64,000 nucleotides of DNA from Balamuthia mandrillaris (GCA_031835245.2 JAVKOQ020000046.1:186001-250000); one strand, 5' to 3'; positions 11,466-23,984 are shown, numbered from the stretch's first letter. Notes: generated by a model from the letters alone, not told the origin. Numbers and translations are program-made.

Positions 11466-13139
11466 GAAGAAAGAGGAGAAGGAAGAAGAGAAGGAGAAAG
11501 AGGAAAGTGAGAATGAACGTACCCTCCAGTTGTTGGTGAAGAAGTCAGAGGAGCCCTGGCTCGGATCCCAGCTGTTGGATCCCAAATAAAAACCATAGTT
11601 GGTGTCCTCCATGAAGAGAGCGCTGCAATTAAACGCTTCCCTCTCCTGCGGCAACGCCATTCTCCACATGTTAAACAAACGAACAAAGCGATGCACTGTG
11701 GCATTGTTCCAATCTTGGTTGCCAACAGCACTTTGGAAGAGCTTGTACTGAGCAGGACATTGTTTGATGAGCGCTTGTGTTGTGGGACGATCGAAGGAAT
11801 TGTTGGCGATGGCGGAGGCCAACAAACGAGGATCGTCCATGAGAGTGGGATGAAGCAAGGTCGGGTCAAAAGTCTTGTCAAAGTTCCAGAGTTGGTTGAG
11901 GTCCTCTCCTCTTTGGATCCTGGTTGTGATGGAGGTGTAATTGAGATAGTCGTAGGTCATGTAGTAATAGCCAAAATGGTTGAAAGACAAGTCTTTTTTT
12001 TTGTTTGTTTGCAGAGAGAAAAGAGAATGTTAGAAAGCAAACAACGAGCCAGAGAGGAGAGGCCTATAATGAAAGTACCTAGCCAGATCTCAAGGCCAAG
12101 CTTATCCGCTTGTTGGATAAGTTTGTCAAAGTCGGCATTGGCCCAACACGGAGGATTGGTATATTCATCCAGTCCTTTCTTTTGTTGTAAGATGATGTGT
12201 TTTCAGCATGAGTCTGTCTTTGCATTATTTCGAACATGAAATAAAGTTACCTTGATGCACTGTGTGCTGAGAGCGCCGCTCAAGTGGAAAAAGTCTCTCA
12301 CAGCATAGGGAGAGCCTTTCTCAGAGAGTCAGCATTGAAAGTGAAGTGAAGCAAAGATTAAAAAGACGCACCAAGGTTATCGCAAGGGTCAGGAAGGTTG
12401 TACACGTCGTTGTTCGGGAACGGAGGCATTACCCTTTGTTTGTTGGAGATGATGAGCAAAGATCGCGTCGACAAAAGGAAGAAACGAGAAGAAGAGGGAG
12501 GAAATGACGAGAACGAAGAAGAGACCAGAAAGAAAGAAACAACAGAAAACAACGAGACAAAAACAGTGGAGCAGAAGCAGGACGCGAGAACGAGCTATGA
12601 AAACATACCAAACGGAAGTCGCTCCGACAGTGTTTTTGATGTAGTTCAAAGTGAGGCCATCTTTGTAGTCGGTGGTGTTCTGGAGCATGTCATGAATGGT
12701 GCCCAGCTTGATCGGTTTGAGCTGGCTCTCGAAGCTGGGACAGAACTCACCAACGGCCCTGTACGTCACGTTCGGCGCGATCTTTGCTGCGCACGCCTTT
12801 TGCTGGGCCGAAGTACCACTTCCTGGCCAACAAGCATTCGCCGTTCGAAGCTGCACTTCATAGCTTTGAGCGTTGTTCAATCAGAAAGAAAGAGGAAAAA
12901 GGAAAATGTGAGAAAAGAAAAGAAAAAAGGAAGAACAAAACGACGTACAGGACACGTTTGCCGGCTTCTTGGTTGAGAGGAGGTTGACGGGAGGAGCCCA
13001 GAAGTTCCGTCGGAAGACCAGCAAAAGCTTCCTCGTTCGTGGAGAGGACCGGAATGGAGCGTGCCGTTGTTGTCCTCATGATGGCGGCGGCGCAAAGTAA
13101 CACCACCATCAAAAACATTCCCACCGTGCAAGTCTTCAT
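10004..13139 (-). CDS. Secreted glycoside hydrolase family 13 (alpha-amylase-like) protein, multi-exon
   Basis: N-terminal signal peptide (MKTCTVGMFLMVVLLCAAA). GH13 conserved regions: GSPYAVRDF, DFDKLIQQADKLGLEIWLDLSFNH, GVRGFRLDH (nucleophile D), IYLAE (acid/base E), ETHDE (D) and PMILMGQEFGE. Confidence 0.88.
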
Positions 13140-13424
13140 TTTTTTTTTGTTATCCCCTCCCTCTTGTCTTCTCTTTCGAAACTACAGAGAGAAGACGACC
13201 ACCAGCAATTCCTTTTTATATATTAAAGGGATATGAAGAAGAAGTAGAAAGCGTCGCGGTAATGCTCGAGGCCTCTCCTCCCTCTTTATTTCAGATTCGT
13301 CATTTAAGGTGCAATTTATTTCGTGTAGACACCTTAAATCGGGGATTTGGCGGTCATTTCGAGTTTTTTGAATTGGACCAATCGGGGATTTCTTTTTGGT
13401 ATAACCACTTTTACTATGAGAGCT

Positions 13425-16400
13425 TTATTGGGGGAGACCGTTCTTTTTCGGTGGCGGGTAAATGAACAGGAATGACGTGGTGTGGCTTGCCAAAGCGTGT
13501 TTCCTTTCTTCTGCTGCTCCTTCTTCTCCTTCATCCGTGGTCGTTGTCCGGTTGGAAGACCGCGCTCTGGAAGAGGAGGAAGAAATCGCTGTTCGACGTT
13601 TTCGTTCTCTCCGAGCGCCGATTTCGTGGAAGGTGGAGCACCCGCTGAGCGAACATCTCCCGCCGAAAATGGCCTCAAATACGGCAACATCGGGAGAGCG
13701 GGGCAACCGGCCGTTCCGTCGGAAGCTCTCCCTGTAATGCTTGTTTGGGGCAAAGAGGCGGTGGGAAGAGGATGATGGCGTTGCACGTCTGTTCTGCCTC
13801 TCCATCAATTCCAGCAACAACATGGGCGCCAACTGTTGCAACTGTTTGCTAAGCTTCCTTTCGTGCTTCTCTGTAAGTTCTTCGTTGGTGGAGTATAACT
13901 GCCAAGCTTCATTCGGATCAACAGGTTTCGGCGCGTCTTCTTCTTCTAGTTCCTCTTTGTCTTCTTCTCCTCGTGCTTCTGGCTCCACAAGTGACGCAAG
14001 TTCGTCTTCTTCATCGAGTAAACTTTTACGAAGGGCTTCGGCATCTCTTTTCGCGCGAAGCATTACTTCGTTGATGACTTCCGTATAATCTAACCCGCTT
14101 TCCTCAATTACACTCTTCACTTCAACCACCAAGTCTCGAACCACGTCCCTAAGCTCTTCATCTTGCTGGTGTACCTCTTCTGCTGTTATGTCGTCGTCTT
14201 CCTCATCATCTTCATCTTCCTCATCACTGTCATCATCTTCCTCATCATAATCACTCTCTCCGAATTGCTGTGTCATATCTTCTGGAGGCACACCAATGAC
14301 CACATGTTTGTTTCGTTCGTTGTCATCAGATTCAAGTTCATCTGGGTCTGGAGCATGATAGGAAAGCTCATGTTCAGGATCGCTCTCGTCTGCATGATAA
14401 AGACATAAATTGATGAGCGAGAGAGATAAAAAAGGATGACAAAGAAAAGAAGGTAGAGATAAAAGAGACCAATGTCATGCAGACTTTCAACGATTGTGCG
14501 TTCTGCCACCGGATAAAAAAGCTCGTCATCCCCTGCTACAGCTACTCGGACGCGAGACCGTCCTTTGTCCTTGGCCTGGTTCTTTTCTTCTTCCTTTTGG
14601 TTGTTGTTGCGCAAGTAAAGATTTCGAGCAGAGCTAGAAAAAGCGAGGGCTCCAAACGGAGTTGCAGAAGACTTGGTTCCAGTTTGAGGTTTGTCCAGAA
14701 TATTCTCTTTCAATTGTAAGAGTTGATTTTGTAGGTCCATAATTGCTCTTTCCTTGTCTTTCACGAAGAAAAATTGGATAGGTGGATCGCTGTCGTCGAA
14801 CAAAGGAGTGTATATTTCATCGTCTTCTTCATCATCCTCATCACCTTCTTCAACTATGATTCTGCGAGCCTCATGGTCAATCTTTTGGATTCGTCTTATT
14901 TGGAGTTTTCGTCCCATTTCATCATCTTTTTGGATGATTGAGAAAGAGATAGCAGCGAGAGGAAGTTGAGATGAGAATGAGTGAGCACGTTTCCAGAAGA
15001 GAGGGGGAGAGGGAGAAGAGAAGAGAGAGAAACCATTGTCAACCATGATTCCCACAGCTGCGTATGTTCCACGTAAGAAATCTTTTTTCTCTTCTTCTGT
15101 TTGCAACTCCTCCGCCACTCTTTGCATCTCTAATATCGGGTCCCTGTCGTTAATAGCCACCAACTTGTGTCCAACGCAATAAAACGATTAAAAACCGAGC
15201 AGAGTTCTTGATAGTAACTAAGAAAATAGAAGAGAACAGATCAAGAAGATGATGAAGAGCAAGACAAACGGTGTAATAATCTGCCCACGTTGCTGATTTT
15301 TGACTTCCCAACGGCCGAAGACTCTGTGCTTGCACCAGGGAACACTCAAAAGATCCGGTCATAAGCAGACCAACAGCACCGTGAGTATAGACCTCGTCGT
15401 TGAGAAACAAACCGTTGTCAAAATCGTGATAGCTGGCATCCACCACACCACCCACTTTCAAGCATCGGGGCAGAGCAAAGTCTAACCGCCTCAACAGCTC
15501 TCGTTGAGGAAAGTTGCAGAAGGAAAGCAAAAAGAGCAGCGACTTCTTTGCTTCTTCATGTTGTGTCGATTTGTCTATTGACGAAGAAGAAGAAGAAGAA
15601 GAAAGTGAAGGAGGACAGACATAAGATTCCCAGTCTATCGCAAGGTTAGGTAAGGAAGGTGTTGTCACGTGGAAAGGATGTAACTCCACGTTCGGTGGAA
15701 GCTTTACCGCCGTTACGCTGAGAGTCGGCTCATATGTACTGTGTAGGGGTTGGGATGAGCGTTCCACCGATTTGGAGGTTTTGTTTTCTTTTTGTTTGTT
15801 GTTCTGCCGTCGCGATGATGAAGTGGGTTTGGCGTTTGTTTGCGTTTCATCCACGCGTTCGGGGGAGAGAGTATCGATTCGTGAAGATAATACACCTGCG
15901 CTGGAGCTTCATAGCATTCCATTGCGTCAGTGTCTTCGTATAGAAAGAGAGAAGCGGAGAACGAGAGAGAAGAGAGAAGAGAGCGGAGAGAAGAGAAGGA
16001 GAGAAGAGAGAAGAGAGAGCAGAGAGAGTGAGAGGAGCGAACCTGCCAAGCAGTACGCGAGCGCCGAGAGCATTCCGAACGAGCGACGGAAGGCGCTGCT
16101 TCTTTCGCTTGTCAGCATGACTGGACCAAACAAAGCACAGATCAACATTTGAAGGTTGCTCGCTAGCCTCAGCGTTGCGTGAGTGAGAACGCAGCTGCTC
16201 CTTGATCTTTCGCGCGCACTCCGCAACGGCCTCTTCCAGGTCCAACTTTTGCGAGCTCCAACTGGCCCACTTCCACTCTCTTCCTTCCTCTCCCACAGAG
16301 GTCGAGGAAGAAGAAGAAGAATACAGACGTAATCGGAAGGAGGAAGAAGAAGGAGCCGGAAAGAAGAGGAGACGACGCAAAGGAGAGGGAGATCGAGCAC

Positions 16401-16518
16401 GACGGGAGAATCGAGTGCCAACCGTGGGAAAAGCACAAGTGGACCCACTTTGCCTTTGGGTTGTTGGGAAGTGGACCGCAGCGGCCTTCACGCGCTGCCC
16501 CACCAGCGCGGCCCACAT
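13425..16518 (-). CDS. FIST-domain protein (FIST_N + FIST_C) with a predicted mitochondrial presequence and acidic insertions
   Basis: WASWSSQKLDLEEAVAEC...VDLCFVWSSH, LSVTAVKLPPNVELHPFH, LLRRLDFALPRCLKVGG, LFLNDEVYTHGAVGLLM, VQAQSLRPLG and C-terminal FEAIFGG...GCSTFHEIG. The N-terminus is R/S-rich, acid-free and ends in RLY/S. Confidence 0.75.
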
Positions 16519-16637
16519 TGTTCGCCCTCTCCTCTTCGCTTTTCTTTTTCTTTCTCAAATATATATTGGATTATTCACATCGTTATCGAAAAATAGGAAA
16601 TCTATCGGGTGTTGCCGATAATTGTTGTCGACAAGAA

Positions 16638-18005
16638 TCACCGCAGAGCGAGCACGCTGTGCACAATGCAGCCATCGAAGATGCCGTACTCCTCCAAGGT
16701 CTTGTTGGGATCGCCCAAGGCTCTGCCGGCGAAGATGAGCCTCATCTTGTCCGGGGGAATGCCTTCCTTGTATTGCAGCTCCTCCTTAAGCTTCTCTACC
16801 GTGGCTTTGCTGTCCACGTGCAGCGGCACTTTCTTTCCGGTCAGCATCTTTGCGAGCACGGTTATCGTTTGGCTGCCGCTTGCGTGCTCTCGCCTTTCCT
16901 GTTCTTCTTCGGGTGAAGGTTGAAAGAAGCCACGCTTACGAACCTGAGGAGGAATCTGGTCCATAGCGCAGGCCTCATACCACATGGTCATCCTTTTGGT
17001 GGCCTCGTGCTCTGCGTCTTCCAGCACAGAGGGCACCACCACTCGATGCCATCCGGGTTGCACACGGCCGTTGGTCATCTCGGCAGCCGTAGAGCCACAC
17101 CACAGCACCCCAATCGAGGATGAGGCTGGCACATCGATCCATCGTGCAGTAGCAGGATCCGGTTTGGGCCATTTCTCCTCTTGTTGCTCCGCTTCGTCGT
17201 GGGTTACATCTGGAGAGCGCTGGGGCTGATGAGTGGAAGAAGACGATGGAGAGGAAGGATTGGCAAGCATTTGAAGGCCAGGCGCTGTTGAGCGTAAGCT
17301 CAAAGCAACCAGTCCAGGATCAAAATGCGCAGCCACAAGGATAGACTCCTTCTCCTTCTCCTCTTCCGCCGTCAAAACCTGGTAGTCCACTTGGTTCTTT
17401 TCCTTGCTGCGGTGGTGGTGGTTATCGTACAAAGCAATATCGACCATGCCTGTCCCGCTGCACATCCTGTTGTCACTGTTATTGTTGTCGTTCTTCCCAG
17501 CAGCCGTTGCTACTCTTGGCCACAGCAAGGGCACGTTAGAGTAGTCTACATCCTCCTCCCCTTCCCCCTTCTCTTCTGCTTCTCCTCGAAAGAAGACACT
17601 GCTGCCAATTTTGAGGATCAGATCAGCCATCAGTCGGTCCAAAGAGCGGCAAGCCTGCAGGAGAGGTGGCTTGAGGTCTGGCGGCAAGGCAAGCTCTCCC
17701 TGGTGTCTCCCCGCGGGAAGCAACGGCCCCGTCAGCACCCTAATGGCCTCTTTCAGGGCAGGAACGGCCACGTAGCCATACCGCGGCGCGGTGTGATAGC
17801 TCGCTTTGAGGCTTTGGGGCTGCGAGGAGAGCCATGCGGCGGCGTGCCTCATGCAGTCCTCCACCTGGGCGAGTAGCTCCTGGGGCAACGACACGAAGGC
17901 CCAGCCCCTCGCTTCGAAGCGGAGGCGGAGCTGCTCCGTCGCCCCCTGCTCGCCCGCCAGCAGCTCATTCAACGGGATCGGGACTTGCTCCTCCGCTCCA
18001 GCCAT
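16638..18005 (-). CDS. 2-oxoglutarate/Fe(II) dioxygenase (IPNS-like) fused to a C-terminal ubiquitin/NEDD8-like domain; single exon
   Basis: 455-aa uninterrupted ORF with HFDPG (HxD), GWHRVV (H) and RMTMWY (2OG-binding R), then a UBL: AKMLTGKKVPLHVD...TVEKLKEELQYKEGIPPDKMRLIFAGRAL...TLEEYGI...VHSVLALR*. Confidence 0.88.
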   Translation of the reverse strand: MAGAEEQVPIPLNELLAGEQGATEQLRLRFEARGWAFVSLPQELLAQVEDCMRHAAAWLSSQPQSLKASYHTAPRYGYVAVPALKEAIRVLTGPLLPAGRHQGELALPPDLKPPLLQACRSLDRLMADLILKIGSSVFFRGEAEEKGEGEEDVDYSNVPLLWPRVATAAGKNDNNNSDNRMCSGTGMVDIALYDNHHHRSKEKNQVDYQVLTAEEEKEKESILVAAHFDPGLVALSLRSTAPGLQMLANPSSPSSSSTHQPQRSPDVTHDEAEQQEEKWPKPDPATARWIDVPASSSIGVLWCGSTAAEMTNGRVQPGWHRVVVPSVLEDAEHEATKRMTMWYEACAMDQIPPQVRKRGFFQPSPEEEQERREHASGSQTITVLAKMLTGKKVPLHVDSKATVEKLKEELQYKEGIPPDKMRLIFAGRALGDPNKTLEEYGIFDGCIVHSVLALR

Positions 18006-18252
18006 TATCTCGTTATCTCAAAGGCAAAAGTTCTCTTTCTTTAAGTGAAATGCAAACTGGAGGAAGGAAAGAGAGCTCTTTTGTTGGGTTTCTCTGCAAG
18101 GAGCTCCTTGGGGTGGTACAAGTATACTTTATTTGTTGTTGTTGCGAACAGCGAAACAAAAAGCAGAAGAATGAATGGATGCACGGCGGGAGGCAAATGG
18201 AGTGGACATTCAACAAGGCCTCTCCGATTCACTTCTTGGAGAAGCGTGCCGT

Positions 18253-21200
18253 TCAGTCCATTCCCTTTTTTTCGATGCGTGGAGAGCAGGAAGAAGAAAG
18301 AAGTTCGTGCTTGCCGCCGCCACTACGGACGAAAGCCAGGTTGTTGCGTCGCGAAGAAGTGTTGGCGGTTCCGGTCCGGCCAAAAAGCTCCTCCTCCTCC
18401 AACTCTTGACTCTCCCGCAGCCCCTTCCTTTGCTCCAACATCTCCCTCAAGGCAGTCACCCAAAGGTCCCTCCTTTTGGTCCCCATGAAAGGATCCAACT
18501 CCAAGTCCAGCGAGCGGTCTCCTTTCTTGGGCTTAACGAAGCAAATGGAGAAAGCGAGGTCCACCGTGGAGCTCTCTCTGTGCTTCAAGAAGTTGGTGGT
18601 CTTGTGGCCGGAGACCACGTCCACGACCCGAGCCACCGGGATGACCTTTCTGCTCTTTTTCTTCTTTGTTTTCTCTTTGTCGTGTTTTTTCTTCCGTTCT
18701 TCTTCGTTGCTCGTTCCTTTCTTTTCGGAACTGTTACATAAGGAAGTGATAAGAGCGAGCAACGGAGTCAGAGAAAGTGAAAAGACAGGCAAAAAATGGG
18801 AAAGAACCTTTTTTTGTATTTGGAAGAGTCGGTCCGGTCTTCTCCGATGAGGCTGATGCCTTCCTTCTCCTTTTTGCAAACATAAATATACTCCAGGTCC
18901 TCACTCACCACCACAAAGCGTTTGCCTTGTGATCCCGTCCTTTTCGTCTTATAGAACCATTCCCCTGAAGAAAAGAGTTAGAGGAGGAGATAGCAACGAG
19001 AACGACAACGCTAGAAAAGCTGCAACGATAAGCACAATCGTTACCTGTAACGAGTGTGTTGTAAGCTGTGACTTTGGTGATCTTGTTGCGAAGCGTCAAA
19101 GAAAGCGGCACATCTCCCACGCTGCGTCTGTTCTTCAACCGGGATTGCCTCACGGTGGCGCTGTTGTTCTCCATCTCACTTCGACTAAGGTGCCCAGCGC
19201 TTGACGTCAATGATGGCATACCGCCACTGCTGGTGAGACTACTGCTGCTATCTTTCCAAGACTTGGAGAGCAGCAAATCGGTCAATTCTACAGTAGAACC
19301 TCTTCGTGACCAACTGTGAAGCGCTTTGTCTTGTCTCTTCGATGCATTGCTGGTGCTGAAAGCAATGGCCCGCGAACCGTTTCGCTTCGGTGGGGATTGA
19401 TACGTTATGGCAAAGTCCTCTTCTTCTGCTTCGCTTCTATCTTCTTCAGAGGCAAACGTAATGGGTTCGCTTTGGAATCTTTCCACGTTACCATCTAGCG
19501 TTCTTTGCCCGTCTCGCCGTTCATTCTTCTCTTCCACTTGCTCTTCTTCTTCTCCTTCTCCTGCTGCTCTTTCTTCCTCTATTGTATTCCTTTGCAACAA
19601 CATACCGCTGGTATTCTCCAAAGATTTCGTCCGAATGAACGATTCCAAAGGTTTCATCGTTGTGGCTACGTCTGAACTCGAAGGCCGATAGCTCCAAGAA
19701 GAAGTTCGAGGGCTGTCAGGTGCTGCGCGTGGACTTGATGCAGCTTCTCCGGTACTTTCTGAAGCTGGACTTTGTTGCTGAGAAGAAGGAGATCTTCTGC
19801 GATGAGAAGATGTTTCCACGGAGCGAACAAGAGGTAAGTTAAGGTTGGTGGGTTTTCGTCTTGGTTGGCGAGTGCTGGAGGGAGAGTCTTTGCTGTTGTG
19901 TAGGTCTTCAGGATGAGTATCAAAGTGTTCTCTGATGGATAAAAACCGAGGCGTTGCAAAGAGCTCGTGAAGTTTTTTGAAGTTGACTTGGTGTTTTCCT
20001 AACGATAGTAGGTCCTAATATACATTGTTGTTTGTGGCCCGGAAGAGTTTTGTTAGCAGGTGTTGAGTGCGGAATGAAGAGAAAGGGAAAAGTTACTGGT
20101 GATACATGTTTGATGCCCGTGAGTTCAACATTCCCTTTGACCATCAACCGTGCTGACCTATAAGACGAGTTATTGCCAACCACAACTGAGTGGAAGGAGG
20201 AGCAAGAAGAAAGACACAGCAACAAAAGAAAGTGGGGAGAGGGAAGGAGACAAAGGAAAAAGACAGACAATAGCAGAAAGAAAGAGGTAAACAAAGACAG
20301 AAAAGTAAGTTTACCTCCTGTGAATAGCACATAACCGTTTCGCTTCAAGTATGGCCATCGCCCACCGATCTCTTCTTTGTGATGCTTGTCCCGAATAAAA
20401 ACCTCCTCCTCCACCATCACCCTGAGCTTCCATCTTCAGCCCGCCTGCAGAGCGACCCAACAGTCCTTCCACTGCTCCTTGTTGTTGAGCTGCTGCCGAA
20501 AACGTATTCTCTCGGGGGAGCATCACGGAAGCAGCTTTGGTCGCCGAAGAGGCAGAGGCGAACCGAAAGACAAACTCTCTGTGCTTGGTTTGTATGCGCA
20601 TGGCTGCCCATCGCTCTCTTCCTCCTCCGCCACCGCCGCTGTTACCGTCTTTGTTGTCTTTGTTGTTGCTTTTGAGAGCGGCGCTGATGGAGAAGTTCTC
20701 TATCACGTTGACGGGAAAGTTGTTCCATCGCTCTTTGTAGCAGAGCAGCTGCATGTCCGTTAACAGAAGGAAGCGTTGCGACCATTTGACGGAGCCTTTC
20801 TTCTCTGCGTAACCCGCTTTTAGCATCTTTGAATAGTCCCTCTGTTTCGTTGTTGTTGAGCGTTAGAGAAGGGACATGAAGGGCGGAAGATAAAAGAAAT
20901 AACAGCAAGAGAAAGAGCGAGCAGACAGAAAGAGAACGAGAGAAAAGAGGACACAGAGAAAGAGAGAGCAGGCGGGAAGCGAGAGCGAACCAGTTTGAGA
21001 GGTTTTTCGGCGCCAGCTATGTACTCGGCATTTGTGATGAACTGCTGTATTTCAGCCACTATAAGAGGTCTTTGATTTGCGAATAATGTATACAGAACCA
21101 TTCTAGATGTAAACAAGAAATGAAAGTTTAAAACTCATGGTGAGAGAAGAGAAGAGAAGAGAGAATGAGGAAAACAAAAACTAATAATAAGAGGTTATAA

Positions 21201-21666
21201 AAAAGAACTAAGCACACGTACGGAGCTTGTTCGGCTATATGAAGGTAAAAACAGGACTCATCCTCCTCGGCCAACGTTATCCTGGACAGCAGGTTATACG
21301 AGAACGAATGGAGGACCTGCCCTTTGCGGCCGTAATGCAACCGCCGCTTGCGATAGTCGATCTGCAACACTCCGGCCTTCTTTTTGCCTCTCTTCAGCGT
21401 GCATACCGCAAAGTTGAGGTACCATTGCAGAAAAAAGTCCTCCAACTCTTTGCCGGCAGGTTTCTTTGGGGTTATGACCTGCATCCAACGGCGTCAGGGG
21501 GGAAAGAGAGAGAATTCGCCCGTACGTAGGTGCGCACTTTCTTTGCGTTTGTTCCTCGCTGGCTCTCTTTTCTTTTTTTCAGCATGAAATAATTACTATA
21601 GCGCCGGGTGACTTCTCTCTTCTCCACGCTCGTGTCCAGCCACCCTTTTTTTCTGCCTTCTCTCAT
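18253..21666 (-). CDS. Multi-PH-domain protein, multi-exon
   Basis: Central PH domain (LKAGYAEKKGSVKWSQRFLLLTDMQLLCYK...RRDRWAMAILEA). C-terminal PLC/Mcp5-type PH (IPVARVVDVVSGHKTTNF...AFSI...RSLDLE...RDLWVTALREML). Possible N-terminal PH-like exon at 21128-21484. Start codon uncertain. Confidence 0.7.
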
Positions 21667-21750
21667 GTCTGTGCTCCAACGTACAAAGAGGATATTTTTG
21701 TTTTTTTTTAAAAAAAGAAGAGGCGGAGGAGGAAGAGGGAACCGCCAGGT

Positions 21751-23713
21751 TCAGTGCGCGGTGCCTTTTCGCTTTTTGTGATGGTGCTCTTTGCCGTCTC
21801 GCTCTTCATCGTCGTCCTTCTCCTCTGAGGCGACAATAAAGTCTTTGGCAGCTTTTCCTTTCTTCTTCATGCTGTCCACTAAATATTTCTTTCGCGAATG
21901 TTTACCGGATTCGTCTCCCTTCCTTTTATCTTTTTTCTCTTTCTTGCTGTCTTTTCTTTCCTTTCTTCTCTCCTCTTTGTTCAATTTGCTTTCTTCCTTT
22001 TTTTCGTTTTTTATGCTCTTTCTTTTCTCTTTCTTGTCGTCTTTGCTCTTTCGTCGTTCCTTCTTTTCTTCCTTCTTGCGCTTTTCACTTTCCTCTTCCG
22101 TTTTCTTTGCATCTTCTTCCTTCTCTTCCAACTGCGACGCCGGCAAACTCTCCTTCTCGCTTTTTACAGTTCCGTTCGCCGTTTCCTGTTTTTCCTTTTC
22201 CTTTTCTCCTGCTTTATCTGTACTCGTGCGAATAGATGTTGTGTTGTTTGTTTCCGTTTTGTTTTCTGCAGTTTGTTCCCGTTGGTGTTGCTGAGAAGCT
22301 GAAGTAGATGAAGAAGACGCTGATGCAGACGAAGAAGATGGAGTTCCATTGCTGTTGCTACCATTAAGAACGTTATTGCTGCTGTTGTTGGGGCTATTGT
22401 TGCTGCTGTTGTTCTCTTCCTCAAAACTCGCATTCTTGTATCTGGGATCGTTGAGCAGAAGACTCATGTCCCTCGAGTCAAAACTAGCAGTGCCACCGCT
22501 TTGATACGCCCTTTCCAGTCTTTGCTCTCTGATCCATCTCTCGAAGGCCTCTCTCTCCTCCAGCTTTTCCAACATGCCATCAAAGCCTTTAAACTTTTCC
22601 AGTAAGTCTTCCTGCGTGATGGTCAACCGTTTGCACATCTTCTCGTCCACCATATCGTCGAACACCTGTCGGAATCCGGCCGCGTCCGCTCTGAAATTAT
22701 CCATGAATAGCCGCAAGATCGCTTGGATCAACTTTTGTACCATTGCAAACTTAATGATGTTTTGGGTGTTATTTGTTAGTTACAGAGCAGACAGAGAGGG
22801 AAAGAGAAAGGTAAAGATAAGACAGGGAGAGAGAGAGAGAGAGAGAGAGACGTAAATCGTACGTCTCCGCGTTGGTCGTGAAAGACAGCAACGATGACAT
22901 GATCTTCTTTTGCAAACATGCAGCGGATGACTGGTTTTGGTCGTTCCTTTATGCAAAACACGGTATGAAGAGTGATGAGGAAATGTGGTTATAACCACAG
23001 AGAGGAGAAGACAAGACGAGAGAAAGAGAGAGAGAAAGAGAGAGAAAAAGAGAAAGAAAGAGAGAAAGAGAGAAAGAGAGAGAGCAGATTGAGTGAGAAG
23101 AGACAAAGGCCAAAAAAAAAAGAGACACGAAACAAAGAAAAGAGAGATAGGTCGAAAAGAGCAAGCTCGTCTTACTCGCTTCGGAGCAAACCACTTGAGG
23201 TCGGGCTTTGTCAATGCAGGCGGAGGTGGATCAAAGAGCGCATACGTGGCGTCTTTGTTTTTTCGTTTCACGTTCCAAAAAATATGAAGAAAAAAGGTGC
23301 AGCAGGAGAAGATGAAGACGACACGCCTTAAGTCAAAAGTTTCACACCCGAAAAAAAAAAGACGAAAATGCGCACAACGAAGAAAGAAAGAAAGAAAGAA
23401 GAGGAGCAAGAGAGTCGAAAGAAATGACAAAAAAAAATAGGGATATGCATACCTCCTTTGTCTCCTAAGCTTTTAGAGAGTTTGAAGAAAGCAACGATGA
23501 CCTTGCAAACGATGCTCAGGTTGTCGTCTCCTTTCCATCGCCACAACTTTTGAAAGATGCAAACCCCGGAAGGGTAGTCCAGTATGTTCACTCTCAACAG
23601 CTACGAAAAGAAAAAGTCCAGAAGCGAGAGAGCAAGTTAAGTTGTTTGGTTGAAAAAAAAAACATCAACAAAAAGAAGAGAGGAGATCAAAGAGGAGAGA
23701 GAGAACAAACCAT
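21751..23713 (-). CDS. Uncharacterised protein with a longin-like N-terminal domain and a K/E-rich tail
   Basis: ATG at 23713-23711 is directly followed by an intron (GTTTGT...GTAG, 23710-23601). Exons give MLLRVNILDYPSGVCIFQKLW...IVCKVIVAFFKLSKSL / ATYALFD / VIRCMFAKEDHVIVAVFH / MVQKLIQAILRLFMDNF. This beta-beta-alpha-beta-beta-beta-alpha pattern is longin-like (fold call is inference). Confidence 0.55.
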
Positions 23714-23942
23714 TTTCTCTTGTTGGAGACAAATTTTCAGAACAACAACTACTGCTACCAAAAGGTTGTTCTTCAGCGAGGGGGGGGGTTGTTGTGGTAT
23801 TCCCCTCTCCTTTCTTTCTTTCTTTTCGTGGTTGTCGGCAATTTTATTTATTTTTTTGGGTTTAAATTAACGAAATCGGATAGGCACCCTTAAAATTTAA
23901 CTCTCTCTTGTCTGCTGGCTGGACACGAGATTACAGGGACGG

Positions 23943-23984
23943 TTAGGGTTGATCTAGGGTTTGATAACCCTAGATCAACCCTAA
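23943..23984. repeat. Perfect 19-bp inverted repeat built from TTAGGG/CTAGGG units, with a 4-nt loop
   Basis: TTAGGGTTGATCTAGGGTT (23943-23961), loop TGAT, then AACCCTAGATCAACCCTAA (23966-23984). Confidence 0.95.

Noticed and set aside
21686..21696. ATATCCTC resembling a U12-type AT-AC donor
   Set aside because: Intergenic, an imperfect match to ATATCCTT, and no matching branch point or AC acceptor joining exons.
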